Below, piece after piece: positions 1-11,700 of a DNA stretch of 64,000 nt. The translations under genes were made by a program, and so were the position numbers. Position 1 is the first letter of the stretch. Each line of letters starts with the position of its first letter. Source of the DNA: Balanoglossus misakiensis. Its lineage: Eukaryota; Animalia; Hemichordata. The stretch covers positions 3,950,349-4,014,348 of the forward strand of contig CM082586.2 of the NCBI GenBank assembly GCA_040954595.2, read 5' to 3'. Under the pieces are notes generated by a model. The model worked only from the letters and a program-made list of their open reading frames with translations. It did not search any database and had not been told where the DNA came from.

Positions 1-242
1 CAAAGTAACCAACAAGCAAAATATCAACACGTAATATCAACGATACAAATCACGGTGGCGCTCATGTTAAACCGTTGACTTGTGTCAGTAGACACATTTT
101 TCTGATACGGTCAAACTTGGTCAATATCATAGTGCATGTTTAATCTAAACCTAATCTCAACAGCATGGCAAACGTGTGTCATTATTGCAGATTTATCGTA
201 GCAACTGTAATGGCAGGAGAATTTCTTCCATTTTGTTGACAG

Positions 243-935
243 AATGCAATGCCAATGAGGAGTAAGGGAGTGCATTTCATAAACACGCCTTCGGTTTTCA
301 ACGCTGCAATGGCGGTGTGGCGTCCATTTATGACCGAGAAGATGAAAAGCAGGGTAAGTTGATGATATTAATGAAGATTTGTCTGACAAAGCGCCCTCAG
401 TGATTCAAATAGATTTCCTTGATTGCTGCTCTGGTCCCGCCAGAATTAATGGAGTTGAAATTAAAGTAATGTCGTGTTTTGATGGGAAAGTCGATATTAG
501 TTTTATGTAAAGAGACATACCTAGACAAATCAAGTTGCAGTGAGAGAAAATAGAACGATTAATCATCGGTGTCGAGAAGGTGATCATGAGAAGGCCCTAG
601 GCTGTAAGCGTAGCATTTTTTCCAAACATAAACGGGTCGTTGGATACAAGAATTATCCATGCATATTTCAGATGACCATCCATGGCGACGACTACACGAC
701 CTTGCACAATCACATTTCGTCGTCAAACCTACCATGTGACTACGGCGGCACTCAGCCGGAAGTTACCAAGTGCACAAGAGAGTGGATGGAGGAACTGCTT
801 GCCTGGCAAGATGGTTTCCTCGCAGAGAACAGCAAATACGGAATCCCCAAAAAGAGGGACACACTTGGCGGCAGCAAGACAACTGCTGATCCCGGCCAAG
901 GTCTTGTTGGAAGTTTTAAAAAACTGGACGTGTGA
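243..935 (+). CDS. CRAL-TRIO (alpha-tocopherol transfer protein/clavesin-like) gene, last two exons 243-353 and 672-935; the 5' part lies outside the window
   Basis: The ag|AATGCA..AGG|gt exon encodes NAMPMRSKGVHFINTPSVFNAAMAVWRPFMTEKMKSR, followed by MTIHGDDYTTLHNHISSSNLPCDYGGT..GLVGSFKKLDV*. It carries the typical 'HFIN.P', 'LP.DYGG' and 'G.FKKL.V' motifs of TTPA-like proteins. Confidence 0.9.
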
Positions 936-1326
936 GCGACTGCGAAAACCTTGGAAGTTGCCTGAATTAACTGATTACATTTTGATGTATTTTTTTTCGA
1001 TCCGTGCGAATAATTTTGAATTTCATCATAAATCGATGAGAACCCCTAGATTTACGTTGATTGAAAAACGCGAAGATAATTATCAAATTTCGACACGTCA
1101 GGTAATCGCGATCAAGTGATATATTTTCAGAATGTACACTATTCGGACATTAATTGTATCGGGCAGATTATTGCACAGTCGTGAAAAGTAATTTGTCGCC
1201 GGGAACGCCTAAAGCAAAGATGTCCGACGCGCATGTTCAAACTTCTCCATAGAAACACTGTTCCACATGTTTTCGCAACTATTCATTGATACTTTAATCT
1301 TTGCCAAAAACAATTCGTGTTGAGTA

Positions 1327-1358
1327 AACAAACAAACAAACAAACAAACAAACAAACA
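1327..1358. repeat. (AAAC)n microsatellite
   Basis: aacaaacaaacaaac... tandem tetranucleotide run. Confidence 0.9.
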
Positions 1359-1934
1359 AAAAAGACACGTGTAATACTTTTAAAAAATATATACAAAAAA
1401 TGTAACACTGCGGATCGTATTGATCACCAACTTGAATGTCATGAAATGAAATGTGCTTTTCATCGCTGATAGTAACTATAGTAACTAACAAACCGGTGAT
1501 GAAAGTCTCTCCAAGGCAGACGTGCGCGGCGTGGTCACTGGCGTTGAGCTCAGTAGACGTTGTCAGGGATATGAACGAAAACCAGACGTGCATGGTGCGC
1601 GAAAACGTAACAGTCCTGTTGGTAGACTGTCTAAAAGTCAGCGTTTAAGGCTGACATTGGACAGAGCTGTTACTACAAAGAACATACAACACTCTGTCAG
1701 GGTGTCAATTGGTTTGACAAACACTGTGAGCTACTCATCAAAATTACATATAAAACAGAAATTACTGAGGAAATTACTTATAAACATAATCATTGCGTGT
1801 ACAGACGTATAATACACAATTGTTAACTTTCATGTCGTTTAATAATATCTGATTACTTTGACTTTAATAGTTTTTCTTGATATGTTTGCGAACATGCATT
1901 TTCGTTCGCTGACACTTTCTGTTTTGGAGATGGA

Positions 1935-4900
1935 TTATAGAAACTCTTTAAGTGCCCTTACAGCCTCGTCCTCTCCTGTTTTGCTGACGGCTGAAAGTAG
2001 ATCAACCAGTGCCGCTCTCGCTTCGTCTTCCTTCATATCGGCCATCCAGCTGTGCAAGTACACTTCGGCAGATGTCCGCCTGTTCAACCCCGTGGTTTTG
2101 GCTTTGTCGGCCAGCTTCGAAACCTCGTCTTCGTCGCTGCCCAGGAACCCGGCGACCGAAGGCCAGAAGCGCGCAATCACCTCGGCAACTTGGGACACCT
2201 GTCCCCACTGCAGGGTGGTGCTGTCGTGCAGGATGTTACGCGCGTGCGTGTTGCCGATCTCCGTCATCTTCTGCCACAGGTCCTCTGCGATTTCCGCCCG
2301 ACACTTTCCGCTCTGCAGTCCCTCGCTGATGATGACGCTGAGAATTCTCCTGGCGGGGTTCTTCCACCGTGTCTTGCCGGCGGGCGCTTCTCTGGGCGTC
2401 TCGTCCTCTTCGGCTGGTCCGTCCACAGTTCCGCTGTCTTCATTGTCCGCGAGAGGTTTTCGTTTTACAGTCTTGTCGTATACATAGGCTTTATCATCTC
2501 TGGCAACCGCGCCAATATATGCTTTTATATTGTTTTGCTTCGGGTAATGGAACTCGACGTCGATATGCTTGATATGTCGGCCAGATCCAGCCTTTGCCGG
2601 AGTACTTTGTGAATAGTGGTCGCTGTTGGCGCTGCTGAGTCTGACGAGACTCTGCTTTCTACTTGTACTGTCTCCTCTGACCCCGGCGACTTCAGTGTCA
2701 TTCCACGCCTGCTCTGTTGACTTATCAGCTTCACTTAAACTGAACGTTTTCACACTTTTCCTGCTGGGATAGTATCGATGCGTCGCAGGACGCGAAGAGC
2801 CTCTGGCGCTTTGCACTCTGCGATAGTGGAGTCCGTTGATCAGACACCCGTCGCTGGCGAATAAGCCCTCTGGTGGTGATCTTTCGGTGGCAGGCCCGGG
2901 GTCGTACCTTGCAGTAACGCTGCTGGCGCGAAGTCGTTCTCCGATTTCTTTCCTATAATTCAAAGTCGGTGAATTTTCTGCCGACACGCTGCTCTCGTAT
3001 CTCTGGATAGCGTCCCACGCGCTCCAAGTCGCGCTCAATTTCTTCCTCCTCTCGCGGCGTCTTCCGACGGAACTTCTCTTGCGTGGAATCGGGGCGGGGT
3101 CCCGCCAAAACTTGTCGATGCTCACGTTGAAGGTCATCTGTTTGGCCAGGTACCTGTAGTCCATACACTTGGCTTTCCCGTCCACCAGAACTATCATCTC
3201 TCGCTGCTTGTCCAAGCTCTTGCAGAGTTCGTCCATCACTTTACTCGTCAAGATTGGTGGATCACATCTTCCCTCAAGCACTTTCTTTTTTGTCCGTCGC
3301 TGATTGGCTGACAGTCTTCCACTTGTAGGAACGTCATCCTGTAATGGAAGGAGAACGCAGAATGTAGTGGATGAGAGTGGCTTAGGGCCAAAAGCTTATT
3401 AAAGCCTCGATAGCCGCCATTTATTTAGCGAGTCAATTATCAAAACAGTTCGTTTCTAACAGCGTTGAAATGCCACTGATCTGTCTTTCTTGTATTTTCC
3501 ATCGCTCACCTTTGCCGGTTCGGACTGGCCGTCACAGCGCAATATCAATTTGTTGCTGGACCGTAGCTGGCGCAATTTGACTTGGAAGTTGACTGCACGT
3601 GGAGTTACCGGTCTCGGCGTCGTTGTCTTCCTGCAGTAATAGAAGCCAGCCTGGCAACCGCCCGCATTGCCCATCGTCATCAGAGATTCCCGCGTAAGTT
3701 TCTGAAAAAAGGCAGAGTTCTGTACTAGTCCCGAAGCCTTTCAATGCGACGTGAGAGCGGCAAGTGTGACTTGGTCTTTAAAAGTTTAACAAGCAAAACA
3801 ATAAGCCACGCCCTTACGTCATATACATGTACATTCTTCTCTCAAGTCCTCTCGCCTTCTTCGTCAGAGGCAAAATTTAAAGTCCAGATCTATTAAAGGG
3901 GGATTACCTTAAAATCTTGGCTTACTGTCCAGCCCCTCGGCGGAGTCACAACCACTTCCAAATCTCGTCCTGACCTTTGTAGACCTATGAACCCACTGTC
4001 GGACAAGTAGAACTGTTTTTGTTCGTCTTCTAGATTTTCTAAAACCTAAAGGGGTATAACATGTATCGTATTGTAGTACGCTGAGAATGTGAATTGAATC
4101 ACACAGAAAATCGTGAACCATGGATGAAATTGTCTTTTGGCCGATGTGATTGAAGTATAGCTGGCAGGCACTTTATATTGTTCCAGATTTACTTTCCAAA
4201 GTTTTGCAAATGTTGGATTTACCTTTCTGTCCGATGGAGTATCATTCCATATCCTGAGTTGAAGGGTCAGATGATCGGGTCGCATAAAGTTTCGCATTGG
4301 AGACGCGTAGAGTCCGACCCCCAGCACTTTCCAAGCGTTTCTATCGCAACCACCGTTGGCCTCTACCCTGGCTTGGTAGCAACCGCCCCGCGTCACAAAC
4401 GCGACCACTTTGTCTTCCTTGACAACCATCTGCATCTCATTAGCGGCCAGGATCCTCCAGTGGCACCGTTTCCCGATTCTGTGATAACTGTACGCCATCT
4501 TGAATTTGCTGGCGTGCATGTTTCTGGCGCAGTGGGGAAGGGTCAGCATTATCGGCTCTTCGAACCGCAGATGGCGTGGTGCCACCCTGACGACCGGCGA
4601 CACGGTAACATACTGGCCGGAGTTGTCGGCCGGCACGCCGCCTCTCTCCGCGTCATCTTCGCTTCTCAGATTCCCCATGACGTCTCCCGTTTCCAAGGCG
4701 ACGTAAATCTCTTGGACGATGTCGCCCGCAACTGCGCTTTGGGGGATGTAGAGTTGAACGCCAGTGTCCTCCAATCGCAGCAGGCCGCCGTCACAGCCTA
4801 TGTAACCAATAGACACCGGCCATTTTGTGAAAGTTCTTCCTTCGATTTCGTCATCGTCCACTTTTCTTGCTGCGTCGCGACAACTCTCCAAAGCCGACGA

Positions 4901-5771
4901 AAGCTCTTCGTTTTCCTTCGACATAACTAGTATAATAAAAGAAAAGAACAGTGAACCCAAATCTACTTCGAATGAAAACCCATCGTTACATTAATGTCTT
5001 TCAAGTGTCTTTTCGAGTGTGGAGGGTAAAATATTTGCCTCAAACGTACATCTTTATTTGCAATTTTTGCAGTGAGACAACATAAACGACAAATATATCC
5101 AGGAATACCGGCTTACCACGAGAGTTTGCATCACGCTTCCACATAGTCCTGGACGGTTCGAGTATCATCAACACGTTTTTGGAACAATCAATGGCGTACG
5201 CCAGGTGACTAAGAACCATGCCGTATCGCTTGCTCTTTGAGCGCTCGTACAGGACACCGCGCAGGTCCGGGTGCAGCATCTGGGCGCCCGTCTCAGTGCG
5301 CAGCCGCTTCTCAGTCGGCCAATCCTGGAAGCTCTCCACCGCTTCCCTGTGCCTGTCCTCGTGGGTTTCCATCTCGTCGTCTTTCTGCATCGCCTCCCGC
5401 TTCTCGAACAGTATGTACTGGACCAGCTGACGGTGCAACAGGTTGTAGAGCCAGTCCTTCAAGTCTTGCACCCCAACGTAGATGTTGTCCAGCTTTTTGA
5501 AGGCCAACAGAGTGGCCTTGGACGGGTAGTTCTTCGGCTGCTTGCCCGGTGACACCAGAACGTCCCTGCAGTACCTGACGTCCTCGAACGTAAGAATCTT
5601 TGGCCTGTGGATTGGAGCGTAACCTTCCAGGAGTCCAACGTCAGCACCCTTGAGGAAATCCGTCGCGTGGTGATCGAGAAACACACGCCACTTCGCTTCA
5701 AGCATAGACACGGTTTTCTCAAGACGAACGATACTGTAAAGGAGCGACTTGCGATTCACACGTGACCCCAT
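1935..5771 (-). CDS. ZU5-UPA-Death domain protein (UNC5CL/SH3BP4-like cytoplasmic architecture), about 1030 aa; exons 5771-5117, 4926-4223, 4045-3908, 3701-3510, 3338-1935
   Basis: All five exons join in frame at GT-AG sites (3093 nt). ZU5 motif GYIGCDGGLLRLEDTGVQLYIPQSAV..SPVVRVAPRHLRFEEPIMLTLPHCA. C-terminal death-domain pattern WPSVAGFLGSDEDEV..SAEVYLHSW..LVDLLSAVSKTGEDEAVRAL. No signal peptide or transmembrane segment in the spliced product. Confidence 0.8.
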
Positions 5772-8760
5772 GGCTGTAAAATGTCAAAATAATAGTTTTA
5801 AATTGAAATGACCAGCTTGGAGTGTTGTAAGCTATCCCCAATGGCTAAACAATACAAAAGTTTCTTTGTTCTAATCTGCTATTGTTCTTTCTCAGTCCTT
5901 GTAATCCTAGTCACGCACTGTAACCCTAACAACAGCGTTTCAGGTGTATCGGCCTGTATCATGACTCCTTAGTTACATTGCAGTAATTTCTGAAATTAAC
6001 TTTCAGATTTCAAAACATTACAAGCAACAACGGATTTACAAATATTAAAATACTTCATCAATATAGCCGTACGAACGAACAAGAAATAGAGTACATACGC
6101 GGAGTCGACCGAGAAATATACAAGAGCAAAATTATTACCATAGAAATAAACTAGTAATTTAAAACCAAAAAGGATTTCTTTGGAAATATGAAAGTTAAAA
6201 AATGAAAAAAAAACTTAAATTGAAAAGTTCAAACGTTCAATGTGCTCACCGGAATGTTCGTCCAAATGATATCACGTAGTGGTAAGGGCAACAGACGACT
6301 GCAAGCCGCACATTTAACAAACTATACGACGTCCGAACTTGAACACCTACATCAACAAACTAACGGTTGTTCTTAAACGCTGCCGTGCTACGTATTTCCT
6401 TTTGTTCTTTCTTGATTATTATCCTGTGCCTACCGTTAAATTCACTGCGTGGGGGGAACGGACGCACGACACTTCTGTCACGGCCGATAGTCTGCTACTG
6501 TCCGCAGCGGTAACCACGGTGTCCGACGTCACGCCTGGCTTACATTGATGAATTTATGAAAGTCGTTCACACCGCAATTACGGTGGGAATTGAAAAGACT
6601 CGACGGACCAAAGAGCGGAAAATATGTCGTCTAGTCATTACAGTGTAATTCTTAAGTTGCCGCGGGATCACGGCCTGTGTTCTACTGTTCGGTATTTGAA
6701 ACCCCCCTCCAACAAGAAACCTTTTGTTTCCCTTCAAAAACCCGAGAGTTGTGAGTTTGCTCGTGAAAAGACCTCGCAACGTGTACACATATACCGCACC
6801 TATGTGGGTTAATTTGGAATCGATGCACCTGTTTCGTGAAAAAGCGGAACTGACATAAACTAACTGGTCTTTTGATTTTGTTCCCAACTTTATTGTTCAA
6901 TTGTATTCATGGTCTGAACAATGCCACCATTCCATCAGTTGCCCTGTGCACTGTAAAATCTTTCTGATATTTTCAAAGCCGTCTTAGTAAGCTTTTCATA
7001 ATAATCCTCAAACACTTCACAGATCCTTGAGCTTCGAGAATAAACCTCTGGGTTTCTCCCGAAGTCAACTTTACGTCTGACACGGTGTAAGCATGGACAA
7101 ACAACTCACCTTATAATGATTTGTGTATTCGATATCAAAGGGGTATTGTAGAGGCATCGGGTGTTGGGATAATCTTACCCCTTGGAGACACGGTGACCCT
7201 TCCCTTTCCACGTCCGATCTCAGTCTCTATTGACTCGACTTGTCTCTCGGTGAAGGAGCTTTGATTTCAACCACGGCCTCAGGTGACTACCGTCGCTGTT
7301 TACAAACGAGCCCCCTGAATGAATTGTCGTAACTTTCAAGTCAACATGCAATTAATTCGATCTCGCCTGCAGAAAATCGATTTTATTAGACCGGCCAGAA
7401 CAAGCGTCGATGCTGTCACCATGACGACGTTTGTTGCGGCCGCCATTTTTTTTGGCATTACTGCGACCGGTTTTGTTTCCAGTGACCTTATTGTGGTATT
7501 GAAATTTGCCTCAAAATGTCGTTTTGAATGCTAATCTTCTTGTTTACATGAAGAACGACACGACTGTAACTATTAAAAACATACATTTGGTGTCATTTGA
7601 TATAGGAATGACTTTCACCATGAAGAGAGAATAGCCGACATTGTCTTTAACATTGTATTATCCTATTTAATATCCCTCTACCACGCTACTCATAGCTTGA
7701 AGGGAATTTCATCACAGTTGTCAAAACCACGCCACTGAGATTTTCATCTTATTGAAGTATAAAAAGATAACTACGATTCAACCCACGAAACGCAAAGAAA
7801 CGACAATGCAATCACTGCATCCTCTTGCAGCCGGTTATCGATTTGCCTTGTTCACGTGAACCATGTACTGGTTATTAATTCAGAACGACAGGGTATATGA
7901 GATGATGAAATTTAATTGTATATATTTTACAGGGCTAATTATGGTCAGTTAACATTCCCAACACTGCCTGATGTTTTCCGAATTGATGCATTCTTGAAGT
8001 TGTGACGGTTTTAACCTTGTGGGTTCGACCACAGTGTTTTCATACGCTATACATTGAAGCATTTTAGTCATTTGATAATGACATTTTATTTCATGTAGAG
8101 GTAAACCAGGTAAACCACATCCAAATTTAATCTTACAATACAAAATGTAATTGTTTAGAAAGACGTGGGTGCGGTACTTATTTTTTTCTTGAGATCGTGT
8201 AAATGCGTACGTGTGTGTGTGTGTGTGCGTGCGTGCATGAGCGATAGAGAGGGGACAGAGACTCACAGAGAGACAGGAAGAGAGGAGATAGACTGACACG
8301 CAGATTCATTTTGACGGTGTTGGATTTGACACTAATAAGGCCATGCCATGCCATGCACGTGAGCGCTCATGTCAAAAAGTTACTCTAACAAAACAGACTG
8401 ACCATCAACCGCAACAGTCATCTTGTATATTGGGTAACGTGTACGGAGAGAGGGATTTGTCAGGACGTTTGACTGACATTGACAAAGCCACACAATCATA
8501 ATATTGTACGTCCCACTGCCCCATAATGGATGGGTTCAAGTACAAGCTGTGCTCTATATAATGTATGCTGCCGTCAATGATGGGCCGTTGAGGCGTACGT
8601 TTTTGATTAATAAATATGCGTGTATCGCATACCATAATCTTCACTATTCATTTCTGGTCCGAAGTCCAATAACTCTAACCGGCCAAGATGGCGAGCTGTT
8701 ACCAGCGTATTTCGGTCCACCTTAGTGCATTTAGCTGATATTATATGTTTAGATATCACC

Positions 8761-11700
8761 ATGGCAACTCCTATTACAGATATTGACCCCCTCAGGGTTT
8801 TATTTCTCAGGTTAGATAACGAACTGGGTGAGAAAGAGGTATCAAAACTGAAATTTTTACTGTCTGGACGCCACATTAATGCAAGAGACGCAAAGAAGGC
8901 AGAGAGTGCATTGGAATTATTCACGCAACTAGAAGAGCGTGGTCATGTGTCTAATACAAATGTGGAACTACTTGTAAACCTGATGAAACATTTAAATCTC
9001 GCAAAGTTACAGAAAGAAGTGGAGGAGTTCCAGTCGAGACAACCACCTTCAATGATAGCAGGTAAGGCGTTTACAGACTTTACCACAACCAGTGTGTTTA
9101 ACAGGCTTCTACATGCCGCCATTGTTGCAGACTGTAACTTAGGGAACGGGCCGCGTCGCACAGTCGACAGATTTTGGAACGTGTCGTTTTGAGAGTCAAT
9201 CCATTTTAAACGTAATATGTTAAATGCGGAGCATATTCAAACACAATGGAAGTATTTGGGTAGTACATTGCTTTAAGTTCGAATTAATCCGATTAGAAAA
9301 GGAAGTGCAGACATTTGAATTCATGAGTGCATACGTGTGTCAACATGAAACCAACCCCTGGCAATTAATCAAGTACTTGAATCGTGTCTCGCCATGAATA
9401 AATCGCTGGCGTTATCGTGAATGTACATCATACGGTGTTGATACACAGGTATCAGGCCTGGGCGGCTACCCCGGGACATTAGTCAATTGAGTACTTCTCA
9501 TCCACCACTTAGATGATTGCCCGGTGGGTAAAGGTTCAGGGGGTAACTGTCCTAAAACCGTTTGCACTATACTTTTTTGTTCCTAAATCATCAGGACTTT
9601 ACCAATAATGTCAAAAAGTCATTAATACTTCGCTACTGTCAGAATCATACGCTGTTTCATAATTACTAATATTTAGAAAAATAAAGTCACTCCATGTTTA
9701 CAGACGACAGCCGCGAAAATCGGTTTATCTGATGAAGTCTACAGTGTCCATGACCGTAGAGCTGAATAGAAGGCACTGTCTACATCAGTGCTGCACTGCA
9801 AAATTAAAGTAAAAATACACAACATTTCTTAGTAAGAACACTCTATCCAAAACAATTTGTTTGGGCGATATTATTACCAGCATGTATTTTTACGAATAGT
9901 TGGTAGCATTCACTCTAAACTTTGATAATTAAGCAATAACCCCGCCGCAGGCGGGTATACACGAGATTTGGGTACAATTCGAGACATATATATATAGCAC
10001 GAGCCGCTATATAGAGCGAATAACCCGTAGTTTATTCTCCAATTATGTTGTGACAGAGTACAATACATGAAATTGGCCTTTTCCTCTGCGATTTGAACTG
10101 TCACTGCAGTTGGGAACCTCGATGTGCAAAAATCACCCCTCCCGTTTTTTATCAAAGATGTCCTGTATTTAAGAAAATTGTGCTGCATTTTAACAAGAAT
10201 GCTCCACACTACTCGTTAAAGCCAGTGTAGGGAAGAGATCGCATGTAATTTCCAGAAATTCTGTCGTATTATCAATGCACTTTTTACATTTTAATTTTAC
10301 AAAAGGAGAAAGAAGAAGACGACACAGTCTCACTGACCTACCAGGACCGGAAATGCCACCCTGCTTTGGTGAGTACCATGAAATATTTTACTTGATTTTT
10401 AGGTCTAGGTCAATAGTGATTATGTGTCCTTTCTGAACCAACACCTGGAAGCTAGTTATATTTGTCCCAAATATAAGTTAATGCAATTCACGTTGAATTC
10501 TGTGTTTTAGTATTCATTCAAGGGGCAATGTATATCTACTGCGGGAGTTTATGTCATGCGCAAATATGTTCTCAGAAATGCCATGGGACAATTTCGACTA
10601 ATTAACAACTTTTAAAATCAAAAGTATAAAAATACAACGCGTACATTTGTACTTTATCTCCCACAGATTTCATAGTAATGCTGTCGTTGGTCTTGACATT
10701 CATGAAGTCAACTGTGGAGTTTATGATGCAAGAAATGATCAAGCAATTACTGAGCACAGCCACAGAGATTTTTGAGAATGAGTTCAGCGAAACAATTGGT
10801 GGAAATAATCCAGAGATGAAGAGATTAATAGAACAAGTATTTAAACTCTTCGGAATGGACGTGAACAAAATGGAACGGTCCTCTGTTAAACTGACTTTGC
10901 GGTCATCGAACATTCGTAGCATAGAACGTTTCCAAGACGGAATGGACAGTGGTGATGTTGACAGACAGCTGACTGACATATTTGTTACAAAGGCGATGAA
11001 AGCACTGATCAAAGACAAACCTTTACAGTTCCGCGTGGAAGCTCATGTTGACCAATCACAATTGAAGATGGGAATACAGCACTTTAAAGGTAAGTGTTCG
11101 CTGACAATACCTTGGTTTCTTTTCGTAGAACATTAGGGGAGAGCCATTTGATTTCTGGAGTGCAGGATACTGATAGGTCAGTAAATTATTTTTTTCATCC
11201 AGTGTTACGACAGGCATTGCAGAAGAATTTGTTTTCCTCTCCACCATCTGCCAACATTTTTTTTCTTCAAGAATTCCTCCACCCTACCGAAGTAAAATGG
11301 TTATCCCCTTAATTTCTAGCCTGGGTGATTTCTTTCATTGGCAGTTCATGTTAGTTTATTTTGTCCAAGACAAATTAATACCCTGTTCTTTGATATGGAT
11401 CAGCCATAGTATCTGAAAAGAGAATCTTGATCATTCCACGAATATAATATATCTGGACTCTGGTGTGAGCGTTATTGTACAAATTCACAGGTTTGACGGC
11501 AGTGTATAGTGATGTACATTGTTTTGATACGTTTTGTGCAGTTTTCTAACATGCAGTTCCGTATATTCTCACAGATCTGCACCAAGACAACAAGGTTTTT
11601 GCCGGAGCCAGGAGCCGAAAATTACAGCAACCAAGCCTAGGTGAATTCCCAGGTGTAGATCAACTGAATTTGATTTCAACAAAATGGCCGACCAGAGAGG

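Noticed and set aside
1858-2612. Several long plus-strand ORFs (209, 186, 106 aa), and likewise 4178-4930
   Set aside because: Antisense shadows of GC-rich exons of the ZU5-Death gene, with no recognisable motifs.
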